From Podarcis filfolensis (taxonomy: Eukaryota): DNA of 64,000 nucleotides. Both the position numbers and the translations under genes were made by a program. How positions within the stretch are numbered: position 1 is the stretch's first letter; every line of letters starts with the position of its first letter. The DNA lies in the NCBI GenBank assembly GCA_964270895.1, contig OZ185436.1, one strand, 5' to 3'. The notes under the pieces are model-generated. The model made no database searches. It saw nothing but the letters and a program-made list of their open reading frames with translations, and had not been told where the DNA came from. This document shows, piece by piece, positions 47,103-58,006 of the stretch.

Positions 47103-50100
47103 CTGTTTGGGGAAAGGAAGAAAAAAAAAAACCACACAAGAACATTAGGAATCTGTAAGCACCCTCTGTATTAAAGGTAAAGGGACCCCTGACCATTAGG
47201 TCCAGTGGTGACCGACTCTGGGGTTGCGGCACTCATCTCGCTTTATTGGCTGAGGGAGCCGGCGTACAGCTTCTGGGTCATGTGGCCAGCGTGACTAAGC
47301 TCCTTCTGGTGAACCAGAGCAGCACACGGAAACGCCGTTTACCTTCCTTCCGGAGCGGTACCTATTTATCTACTTGCACTTTGATGTGCTTTTGAACTGC
47401 TAGGTTGGCAGGAGCAGGGACCAAGCAACGGGAGCTCACCCCGTCGTGGGAATTCGAACCACCGACCTTCTGATCGGCAAGTCCTAAGCTCTATGGTTTA
47501 ACCCACAGCACCACCCACATCCCACCCTCTGTATTACATAGTTTTATATCAGCAAGCTATAAAGGGCGGAAACTAGGCTTTTCAAGAGACCTGGAGCTCA
47601 CTTCTCAATAGTTTTTAAAAATAACAGCACAGGAGATGATGCCGTCATGCCATGCATTTCTCCCACTCTGTGGGTTCATCCACATTTCCTTTTGTGCTGT
47701 GTTTTCTACTGTAGGCACAGATCTAGGATTTCCAGGCCCACGTCTGAGCACTTGTTTTGGTCCTACTGTTTGCCCGGGGAGACCCGGGTTTTACCACTGA
47801 ATCGGAGCAAACATTTGCTTGGATTCAGCAGAAAAATATGCCGGTTTTCCAGGGGAAAGCAGTGGAAGGAGGTAAAACAGCTTGGAAATTCTGGATCTGG
47901 AAAGTCTGGACTTTAGCCTAGAAAGCATGGCAAAGAAGGAAGTGTGGGTGAGCCCTGTATAGAAAAAAAAATACAGTGTAATATACCATATTTTTCCTTC
48001 TATAAGATGCCTCCATGTATAAGACACCCCTATTTGGGGGGGGGCTCAGATTTAAGAAAATGGGGGAGATGGCCCCGTATAGAAGACGCCCCCTAATTTT
48101 TGACATTATTTTTTAGGGAAAAACCCTAGTCTTATACACGGAAAAATACAGTACGTTTTGTTAGCACCAGTGGCGTAGCGTGGGGGGTGCAGGGGGGGCC
48201 GGCCGCACCGGGCGCAACATCTGGGGGTTAGGGCAAATCCACGGGTTAGGGGGCGCAAATCCACGGGTTAGGGGGCGCAAATTACTTGCCTTGCCCCGGG
48301 TGCTGACAACCCACGCTACGCCACTGGTTAGCACAGAGAGAGAGAGAGCGAGAGAGAGAGAGAGAGAGAGAGAAAGCACACTGTTACTAGAGTTCCATGT
48401 CTCTTGTTAACACCTAGTTCTATCAGAGACTCCACTACACACCCTACAGCTACATCTTTTGTCACACATGAAAATGTGTTGGTGTAATTAACATGACCGC
48501 AACTGGTTATAAAAGAAAATACTCAAGTTGTACATCTACATTCCCCCCTTGCCTCAGAGCAGGAGTTCCTTGCATGCTTTGCTGCTAGGTATTTCCCCCC
48601 TAAGGAATAAGAAATTTTCCAAATTAATTAGCTGATTTACTTACAATGGCATTCCCCAAGAGCAGGAACACTGAGATCTCCTTCAGGAATCTTCTTCTCC
48701 AGTTCATTTTCTTGGAGGCCTTAAGGGACCGCCTCGCTTCAGAAGTCTGAATGGCTAACCCTGGCAGTGCGCTGGGTGGCAGAGCACTCAAACTCTCGGG
48801 AACACGGAGCGAAACTGCATTCATATTGACAAAAGTGAGCCCATAGATATCCTTCTGCTGAGGGTCAACTTTGTCTTCCTCTTCTGGGGGTTGCCGGTGC
48901 AGGCCTTCAATGATGAAAATGTTTTGGAAAGTGGGTTGAGCAAGCATCAGCAGGGAATAGCTCAAGTTGAGGGCATTTATGGTGTCCCTTGGTGAACTGG
49001 CCACTGTGGCCACAATAGAGTAATAGGAAATGGCATATTGCCCCAAGGCTGCACCCATCAATAACGCTACATCCAAAGTTCTGGTTGGGTTCTTGTGATG
49101 GTCCATGTCCCTCTTGTCAAATCTATAAACGATGGAGCCTGCGATGCAGATGGCGGACATCAGGCTCAGGCAAACGATGTTGAAGCCGAAATACATAGTG
49201 AGCACCTGGTCGGTCCTCTTAGAGTCTTCCTTTGAATTTACCTGAATCTCATACACAATCAGGACCGCTATGCCCGTCACAAGGACCAAGAACCCCACGA
49301 TGGTGCCCAAAAAATAAGTCCTTCTGAAAAGCTTGAACTTCAGTTGGTGGATATGGTTGTCATGGGGGTCAATGAGGCGGCCAACGTTCTTCCACATGAC
49401 GTAGACCATGGCGGAAGCGAAGAGGCTGTACTCGATATTGAAGGGGTACAACCAGTAATAGCCATTCTGGAAGATCTTGCAGAGTTGGCTTTTGCAGGCA
49501 CAGTTTTCTGTTTGCGAGGCCGCCCTCATCATTAACAGAGCTGCAACAAAGAGAAAACAAGCTTGTTAGGGGCTACTTACTGCTCTGTGAAAGGTTTTTG
49601 TTCTTTAAACAAAATAGGACTCTGAGAAGAAACGAGCCAAAGATTGCAATATCTATGAATTTTGTTGGAATGGGATTGAAATGAGAGCTGCCACTTCAGA
49701 GCCATCTCCATGATTCTTCAAGCCCTCTCAAAACTCTACAGGTGCTTTGTGCATTGCATTTATATCTTGCTTTTCCTCTGTGGTGGTCAAAATGATACAC
49801 ACAGATGTCCCCTCTCCCAACAACTCTGAAACTAGTTAGGCTAAGAGGTAGGGGAAGGGGCAGGAGTGTGTGTGTGTGTGTGTGTGTGTGTGATTATTTT
49901 GGGTTTCTTTGGATGTTATCCTCAAAGAGGGAGACTGAGAGGGGCCCTTAGGTTCACTCACACAAGCCCATGCTCTCCCTCCCAACCCCTTCTTACAGGA
50001 GCTAAATGAGAGACTGAATGGCCGACTACCCTTTTAGAAACAGTTTATTTTCTTGGCGGCTGGGGAGATTTCTTGTTCAAATAACAGCAGGCCTCCTTTG

Positions 50101-53100
50101 TTGGTGATTCACTTCTCATACTTTCCAGAATGGAGTAGGAAGACCAGGGAAGGGATGGGAGCATGTGAGGCCGAGGCCTGTTCCTGATGTCTTCCCAGGA
50201 AGAATCTTTTAGTTTGTGAGTTGTGGTGCAGAAGGGGGACAATAATCTATGTAAAGGTAAAGGTAAAGGTAAAGGGACCCCTGACCATTAGATCCAGTTG
50301 TGACCGACTCTGGGGTTGCGGCGCTCATCTCGCTTTATTGGCCGAGTGAGCCGGCGTACAGCTTCCGGGTCATGTGGCCAGCATGACTAAGCCGCTTCTG
50401 GCAAACCAGAGCAGCGCACAGAAACGCCGTTTACCTTTCCACCAGAGCGGTACCTATTTATTTACTTGAACTTTGACGTGCTTTCGAACTGCTAGGTTGG
50501 CAGGAGCAGGGACCGAGCAACAGGAGCTCACCCCCTCGCAGGGATTCGAATAATCTATGTAGCACTTCACAAAACAAAGAAACACCACCACTACCCAACT
50601 AATTTTTCTTGGCCTTGGAATGTTCAGGAGATAGGGCAGATATGGGCTGGTTAAGAAGTGGGGACTCTAATTTCAACCTTACTCCATGGAAGTTTCCACT
50701 GAAGTCTGCTTTTGGGTAAACTGCTCTTTAATATAAGCAAAAGTAAAATAAAATTGTAAAACAATCCACTATGAAACTGCTGCTCTGTAGGGCTGTCCAC
50801 TGCACTGTAGGCATGTCCACACATTAACATTCGACAAGTGTATAATCTGTGTACATAAGGAGCTGAGCTGTACATCTGTAGAATTATTCACATATTAACA
50901 TTCAACCGGGTATGCAGTCCATGTACAACGAGTTGTGCAAATCTACAAGTATACATTGCTTCATGCAACCACTTGTACATGTGCAGAGACAGCTTGTACC
51001 TGAGTTCAGTGTAATGTGTGAGTGAGTAAGCCTTGTGAGTTTTAATCTCAGTTATTCTAAATGGATCGCCTTGCTTGAGCCACTTACCCATTCTGTGTGT
51101 AACATTTGCAACTGGGTTCTTTGATTCAGCCTTATGCACTGACTCATCTGTTACAGCTGCCATCCACACTGCTAGGTTGGTGGTCAACGTGAGCATCAAG
51201 CCACATCTGTAGGAAGAGAAAGCGTGGAACCATGGAGTTAAACTCTGTTCATTACAGGATTATACACCATGACAATAAATGCAAGAGGTGGGATTTTGGA
51301 GCACTGAGAAAAAGCTCAATATAAAAATTCTAAGCTGCTGTTGTTGCTGTTAGCTATTTCCACCAGGAGGGCTAAGACCAACAACAGCAACAGGCAGAGA
51401 GAGGAGATCTTCCATCATGTAGTTATCCTCTGGAACAAAATCAATAAATTCCTTCCAGCAGCACCTTAGAGACCAACTACCGTAAGTTTGTTATTGGTAT
51501 GAGCTTTCGTGTGCATGCACACTTCTTAGTTGGTCTCTAAGGTGCTACTGGAAGGAATTATTTTATTTTATTTTGTTTCGACTACAGCAGACCAGCATGG
51601 CTACCTACTTGTAACTTATCCTCTGGAGCAGGAACTTGCAGAAGACACCCACCATTAGGTAGAGCAAGACAGCCACTTCAGGCAACAATTCTGGGATTCA
51701 TGAGAAGGCAGCAAGTTGTTATTTACTTATTATGATTGTATATTTACTGCCAGGGAGGGGGAGAGATACTTGTGGGGTTTTCTGACGCAGTTCCCAGAAT
51801 AACTTGGCTGGTCTCGAGAGGATGATATCATTTGCTGTTCTACCTCAAGCAGCAACATGTCTTGGGCTGGCCTTTTCAAAGAGCCCTTTAAGACGGAACA
51901 GGACCCTGCATTTTGTTGCAGATCCCCTCCTTGTCTTTCATGACTGATGATGATGTTATGGCTAGCATGTTGGGATTCGGCCCTCTGTTCAGCCAGCCTA
52001 GGCTGAGGCTTAATAAAATGACAAAGCAGCATGGACAGACTCAGTTAGGTGGCCTGGATATTTACCTGGTAAGATTCAGATGCTTGTGGATGCAGTCTTG
52101 GGCAGACATCCAGAGGAAGACAGTCTAGAACAGGGAAGAAGTATATTTAAAATGACATTCCAAAGTAGGTAGGGAATGAAGTGCAGGGAATGAATGGAAG
52201 AGGCAAAAAAAGAGAGCAAAGAAATTTGATGTCACATTTACTCTTCTTATCCTATTTAGTAACTTCTGTCCCTTCACCCAGCTTATAGAGGAAATATTCC
52301 TTCCACTTCTAAGCGATGCAAACTCGCCAACTCCCAAGGATCACTTTGGGGCCTTAAAGGCATGGCTAGTCTTACTAATATCCTTGCCCTTCCAATATAA
52401 AATGGCTGTAGGATTCATTTCCCACCCAGCTGTTTCTATACATCATTCCTGTAGAAGAGTGTTAAACTAATGAAGCAGGATGCTGCGTGGACAGCCAAGT
52501 ATAAATCCACCACTAATGCACAATTGCTGAATCTGTGACATGTTGCAGAATACACTCAGATCTCCCCTCCCCCCCAAAAAAACCCATAGTTTGGAAGTGT
52601 CCTGGATCTAATTAGTGACAGATTCTCCTGCGCCCATTAGAATGTTTTCTACAGGAATGTTAACCTTTCCAGGTCTAAAAGTAATCCAAAAGATAGACAA
52701 GAGGCTCTCCAAGTATATTAACCAGGCAGCTGTGAGGCCACACAAAAAGGAAACGGTGGCATAATTTTATCCACTCTCCTCCTAGCAGACAAGGTCCTAA
52801 CTAAGAACAGTCTCCAGTAAACACAAGCACAGCTAACGAGGCTAAAGAACTTGCCACCACCCATTCCTTTTGCTTCCTCATCTCAGCTAAGGTTGCTGCA
52901 TGTGCTGGGTTCAGTGAATCAGTCACAGCAAGATCTGAACTCCCATCTTCCCTAAGCCTTAGCCATGCTGGCTGGAGCTGATGGGATTTGGGGTCCAACA
53001 ACATCTGGAGAGTCCCAGGCTGGCTTCTCCCACCATAGACCATCTCCTATGTACCCAAAAGAAGAGTCCAACTCACCTGAGTGATCACAAACACACCCTG

Positions 53101-53414
53101 TACCACTGGAAACATTATTCTGATGGGTGACAGGCACTTATAGTAGCTGGAATAATATCCGGTCTTAAAAGCATCCATTACCAGCGAGAGGACTGCAAAC
53201 AAGACCAAGCCTCCTGTTTTGGAAAAAAAATGCAATCACATACTGTGCACATCAGATTCCTAGACTCCTATAGTTCCTCTATTTTGTCTTTTTACCCACA
53301 GCCATGGATCCTTTATGCCAGCAGCCCACATAAAGTAACAACAATGGAATTTCATGCACAAGGTACCAGTCTGCTGAAACAGGAGTCTTATTGGGTTATT
53401 TTTGTTTTTATAAA

Positions 53415-53467
<53 letters not shown>

Positions 53468-54604
53468 GCCTCAAGCAAATCAAGTCCAAACTCAATGTCA
53501 GGGTGCAGAATCTGTCTCAGTAAATGGAGCTCCAACTCTTCCAAGTCCTTGATTACACAGGGGTACTCAGAGCTGGCTCCAGATTTCTGCTGGGCCCCTT
53601 TGGCAAAAGATCTGCTCTGCGCCATTTTCTGTTTGACAGGCAGACAAGACATCTGAGCCTCCCCAGTAATATTATGTCACTTGCTTGCTTCTGTAATTCT
53701 TAAATCCACCCTCCTTAATGCTCTCCAAAGCAATGAAGGATAAGTGGTTGGGGGGGGTGTATGTTAGGGATTGTACTGGATCAACGGCTTTGCTTTGAAA
53801 ACTCATGAACCTGGGTTAGATGCTCCAGATCCTGGCATCACCTCTGGCTGCCACACCAAATGTGACATAACTTTTTACCTAGCTTTCTTCTTGGACACTG
53901 AAGGTATTTCCCGCTTATGGCTCTCAACAGAACAGCAAGTCTCGCAGAACTTAGAGAACAGTTGAGATTTTTGATTAAATATAGGCAGGACTGTGCTTGG
54001 CCACTGTGAGAATAGGTCGATGTTCTACAATGGGCCGCTGGCCTGATCCAGCTGTCTCTTTTTATATTCTTATGAATGCAGCAGCACCCCTTTCATGGAT
54101 TTGCCCCATTCCCATGGGAATAAGACCCACTTGCTCATCATGTTTACGTTTTGTCCTTCCCACCCAACAACATATAGCTTCCTGCTCACCTCTCAGCCAG
54201 ATGGGCCCTGCATGGTTGTCCTTGCAAGGAATGGCACCCTGCAGCCTGGAGGTTCTGAAGATGTAGAAGAGCATCCAGGCAATGTTGATCAGCATCACAA
54301 TGATGAGCATGAAAAAGACATCATAGTCATGCAGCTTTACTTCTTGGAAAGCCCCACCGCTGACCAGTGTGCAGGACAGAAGCACCAAATTGATGGCTAG
54401 TAGAATGGAGAAGACACGCCCTCCTTTCTTCCAGACTTCTTTGGAGCTGTGTGGCGAGGGAGACGGGCACTTGTGGGAGCCAATGGGAGAGGTGGGAGAT
54501 AGCGGGTCAGGTCCAAAGCTGCCCTTATCGTCCTTGTGGCCGGAGCCCATAATGGAATCCTCACGTCTGATCTCACAGTCTTGCCACATTGATACTTCGG
54601 TCAT
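46932..54604 (-). CDS. OTOP2: Otopetrin-2 proton channel; 6 coding exons, 1797 nt, about 598 aa
   Basis: Exons 54604-54190, 53213-53077, 52124-52066, 51206-51088, 49540-48645, 47102-46932. Motifs EVWKKGGR, HAGPIWLRGGLVLF, YPFNIEYSLF, DHHKNPTRTLDVALLMGAALGQYAISYYS and FGIFYRMHAVASLLEVY match recalled OTOP2. Head-to-head with USH1G as in mammals. Confidence 0.95.
47174..47522 (-). mobile_element. Sauria SINE, full length
   Basis: 14-bp TSD CACCCTCTGTATTA. Confidence 0.92.
47672..47955. mobile_element. Harbinger-like palindromic MITE
   Basis: Imperfect TIR gggttcatccacatttcc / ggaagtgtgggtgagccc. Confidence 0.5.
47986..48151. mobile_element. Tc2-like MITE
   Basis: TA|CCATATTTTTCC...GGAAAAATACAG|TA. 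Confidence 0.7.
48168..48326. mobile_element. hAT MITE with TTAGGG-containing repeats, second copy
   Basis: Same perfect 17-bp TIR; TSD GTTAGCAC; one repeat unit fewer than 24075-24254. Confidence 0.9.
48335..48372. repeat. (GA)n microsatellite
   Basis: Direct read. Confidence 0.9.
48645..49540 (-). CDS. OTOP2: OTOP2 large exon (896 nt)
   Basis: tgcag|LLMMRAASQTENCACKSQLCKIFQNGYYWLYPFNIEY...KEISVFLLLGNAI|gtaagt. Confidence 0.94.
49866..49892. repeat. (GT)n microsatellite
   Basis: Direct read. Confidence 0.9.
50254..50548 (-). mobile_element. 5'-truncated Sauria SINE
   Basis: 13-bp TSD AATAATCTATGTA; truncated at the B-box (ggattcg); (accttt)n tail. Confidence 0.9.
51088..51206 (-). CDS. 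OTOP2: OTOP2 119-nt exon
   Basis: tacag|CGLMLTLTTNLAVWMAAVTDESVHKAESKNPVANVTHRM G|gtaagt. Confidence 0.93.
52066..52124 (-). CDS. OTOP2: OTOP2 59-nt exon
   Basis: tctag|TVFLWMSAQDCIHKHLNLTR|gtaaat. Confidence 0.93.
53077..53213 (-). CDS. OTOP2: OTOP2 137-nt exon
   Basis: aacag|GLVLFAVLSLVMDAFKTGYYSSYYKCLSPIRIMFPVVQGVFVITQ|gtgagt. Confidence 0.94.
53417..53466. repeat. (GT)n microsatellite
   Basis: Direct read. Confidence 0.95.
54190..54604 (-). CDS. OTOP2: OTOP2 first coding exon
   Basis: In-frame TAA two codons upstream of the ATG; MTEVSM...HAGPIWLR G|gtgagc. Confidence 0.9.
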
Positions 54605-55995
54605 GATTTAATGGGCACCGAGGAGATGCTGCTGCTGGCCTGAAGGCGGGGGCAGGAAGAGAGAAAATGTACACACCTACGTTAGTGTCATTGTAAATTA
54701 TGGTATTGTTAGAAAAAGGGGGAAGATGCACATAAAAAGAGAACAGTAAGACCTGCAAAGATGGGCTTCAAGGTGCAATCTTTCACCTGGTCTTTCCATA
54801 GCAAGCTCCCATGTTGTGAAAGCCTATTCTGTTACTTTCTAAGGCCCTTATTTTGAGGGATTTGCAAGCAGCAAGAACTATCTAGTTGTACTACTGCATT
54901 GTGAAGAAACAGATCAGCTAGGGGAGCACACCTGGGGTGCCAATTTGAATAAAATATCAGTCACAAGACATAGTGCACGTACACCATTTGAATGGCAATG
55001 CCCATCAACTTTTTGGCGGGGAGGCTGACCCCTTCAAATATTTTATTGGGGGGGCGGGGGCAAAGGGACCTCAGCCATTGGCGTTGGCTCCTACAAACTC
55101 CATTGAAAATATACTCGAGAGTGTATTCCCAGGTGCGTATTGAAACCTACAGCCCTAGGTTGCAATCGTATGAGCATTAGCCTGGGAATAAGTCCCGTTG
55201 AAAACAAACTGAACTTACTTTAGATGCATGGGATTGCATGCAGTGCTGGAGTTAAGATTTGCTACTGATATCGCTAAGTTGGTATTTTATAACTAGGCAC
55301 GAAGAGACAAGAACAGTAATCACAACAAAGAACAAATGCACCTACCTGTTTTCCACCCGCAAGTCGACTCTCTTTCCTCACCGCTGCTTTCACACAAGCT
55401 TCCTTTCCCCCCAGCTCACAGATGCCCTGGAATTTATATCTGTCCGGACACCTCTGTGATTTACACCACCAGTGATCTTCATAAACTCAGTAAGGCTCAC
55501 ATGATCCATTTTGTACAGTAGCTAGTTTTAGGGAAGAAAGGATGAGGAAGAGAGGGTCAAGGTCACTTGACAGTAAAAATGGTGGGAAGGTGGGATCTTA
55601 TCACAAACCATACTGCACAGGTCACATTTCATTATTATTATTATTTTTAATAAAGCATGACAGCAACAATTGGCCTTGGCTTAGTATCAACCTGCCAGTC
55701 TTGAGCTGGAAGTAAAACCTCTTTAGGCTGAAATCCTATACAGTACACACTCCATTGATCCTATACGAGCTCCATTGAACTTACTGGGTCTTCTGAGTAG
55801 ATGTGATATATAAGGACTGCATTGTCGGTGTCTTATCTCCTGCATATTTTTGGAGTTGGGGGCCAGATGAAAAAGAGTACAGAGCTCTTGTGCCTGTAAT
55901 AGTTATGCAGGGGAGGGGATTTCAGTATAAATGACAACAAAACAAAATCACAACCAAACCCTTTTCTACACAACTATTAAAGACAAAGGAGCCCC

Positions 55996-56338
55996 GCTGT
56001 GGGTTAAACCACAGAGGCTAGGACTTGCCGATCAGAAGGTCAGCAGTTCGAATCCCCACGACGGGGTGAGCTCCCGTTGCTCGGTCCCTGTTCCTGCCAA
56101 CCTAGCAGTTCGCAAGCACATCAAAGTGCAAGTAGATAAATAGGTACTGCTCCGGCGGGAAGGCAAACGGCATTTCCGTGCGCTGCTCTGGTTTGCCAGA
56201 AGCGGCTTAGTCATGCTGGCCACATGACCTGGAACCTGTACGCCGGCTCCTTCAGCCAATAAAGCGAGATGAGCGCCACAACCCCAGAGTCGATCATGAC
56301 TGGACCTAATGATCGGGGTCCCTTTACCTTTACCTTTA
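55996..56338 (+). mobile_element. Sauria SINE between OTOP2 and USH1G
   Basis: High identity to other copies; the first few nt of the head are missing; no TSD seen. Confidence 0.9.
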
Positions 56339-57067
56339 GCCCTTTTTCACCTGACTATCCTAGGCATGAAATGCCAGTGTTGTTTCCTGTGGGTCTGTGT
56401 TTTTGTTTGTGCTTAAATATCAGTGTCCTTTAGCCAACAGTGCACAATTCAGATTAGTTAGAAGATTGCTGTTATTGCACTGTAGGGAAGGAACCCTGGC
56501 AATGAGTTGTTCACTGACTTAACCAGATTTATACACCACTTCACCATCAAAACCTCTAAGCAATTTACATTAAAAAATAATAATCCATGACATCCACTTA
56601 TGCTATTGCAATAGAATGCCATTTGCAGCCATTTATCCTAAGAAAACTGCAGGAGTGAATCATCCAGTTCCATGCTCAATAAGGCTGGAAGGAAACAAAC
56701 ATTTCTGGACGCTAGTCCATGACAGCGTATGCCACTAAAGTGCCAGTTATTTCTGGTAGAACTTCTAAGTGAATTTCATTCTCTGAGCAACAGATGGCGC
56801 CAGAAGACCAGGTATTCCCAAAGAGAGCTGGGAAGAGGGAACTAGTGGTCACTCACAGCCCTTTGAAATTCAGGTCACGCATACTGAGATGGTTGATGCA
56901 ACAAACAGGTGCCTGGAAGCACATGCATCGTACAGGCACCACATGCGCAGCCTGCATTAGATGTGGGCATACACTGCGTAGTAAACAGGCACAAGGCAAT
57001 TCTGAAGAACATTCCTGGAAGACGACTACTGCTATTCTGAAATTGAACCTTCTCACTTGGGTAAACA

Positions 57068-57253
57068 CTGGAGGAAGTGCCATAGCACAGCGGGTGGTGT
57101 TTTTCATGCAGAAGGTCCCAGGGCTATTGCCCACCCCTCCCAGGTAGGACTGGGAGAGACCCCCGGCCTGAAGGCCTGGAGAGCTGCCAGTCAGTGCCCA
57201 CAATACTGAGATGGATGGCGCAAGGGTCTAACTGGTTAAAAGTCAGCTGCTTT
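57068..57253 (+). mobile_element. Degenerate Squam3-like SINE upstream of USH1G
   Basis: catgcagaaggtcccagg...caggtaggactggga...gctgccagtcagtg...caatactgag; homologous to 13774-13958. Confidence 0.65.
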
Positions 57254-57842
57254 GCTGCTTCACACAGTTGTAGAGTTCTCTGTTGAATGGAAATTGTGGA
57301 GGGAAGCCTTTTCAAAAGTGGATTTTTGTATGCGGCAACTACCCCTCCCAGAAACTTCCTTTCAAAAAACACAACAACACTGTTATCTCAGATTTGAAGG
57401 GGAGGGAGAAAATGTCTCAGAATAGCAGGTAGCAGGCAGAAAGTTTTAAGTCCCTTGAAAGCGAGAACTTCAGCTATTGAGGCAACAGCTGAGCAGAGAA
57501 TTCCACAGTGTTACCAGCCCATTTTGGTGCTAGGAAGAGGACAGAATGAGTGTCTTCTGCAAGGGGTTTGCTAAGGTGAAGTGCACACCAGAGAGCGGCA
57601 AAGAATCCTTAGGACCCAGGGGAATCCACAGAAACTAATCTCATGCATTCAATATGAGGAGTTCCTCCCCTCACTGGTCAGGGATTCTCAGGTGTCCAAG
57701 TAACAAAGCTCCCTCCTCCTCCTCCTCCTCTCTTTTCTCAGCCAGCTGCTTTCCTGGAACTCTCTCCTCAGACTCCATGCCCGTCCTCTTACTATCCCCT
57801 CTCGCCCTTCCCAATGAAGCGGCCAGGGAGTAAAGCTGCACC

Positions 57843-58006
57843 ATGAACGACCACTACCACAGGGCAGCCAGGGATGGCTACCTCGACCTGCTGAAGGAAG
57901 CCACCAAGAAGGACCTCAACTCGCTGGATGAGGATGGCATGACCCCAACCCTATGGGCCGCCTACCATGGCAACTTGGATGCGTTAAGGCTGATAGTTAG
58001 CAGAGG
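57843..58006 (+). CDS. USH1G: Usher syndrome 1G protein SANS, first coding exon (ankyrin region); exon 2 not found in the window
   Basis: Kozak-like gcaccATG; [55 protein letters not shown]|gtaagt. Closer to recalled USH1G than to ANKS4B, and syntenic. Too short for the ORF track. Confidence 0.93.
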
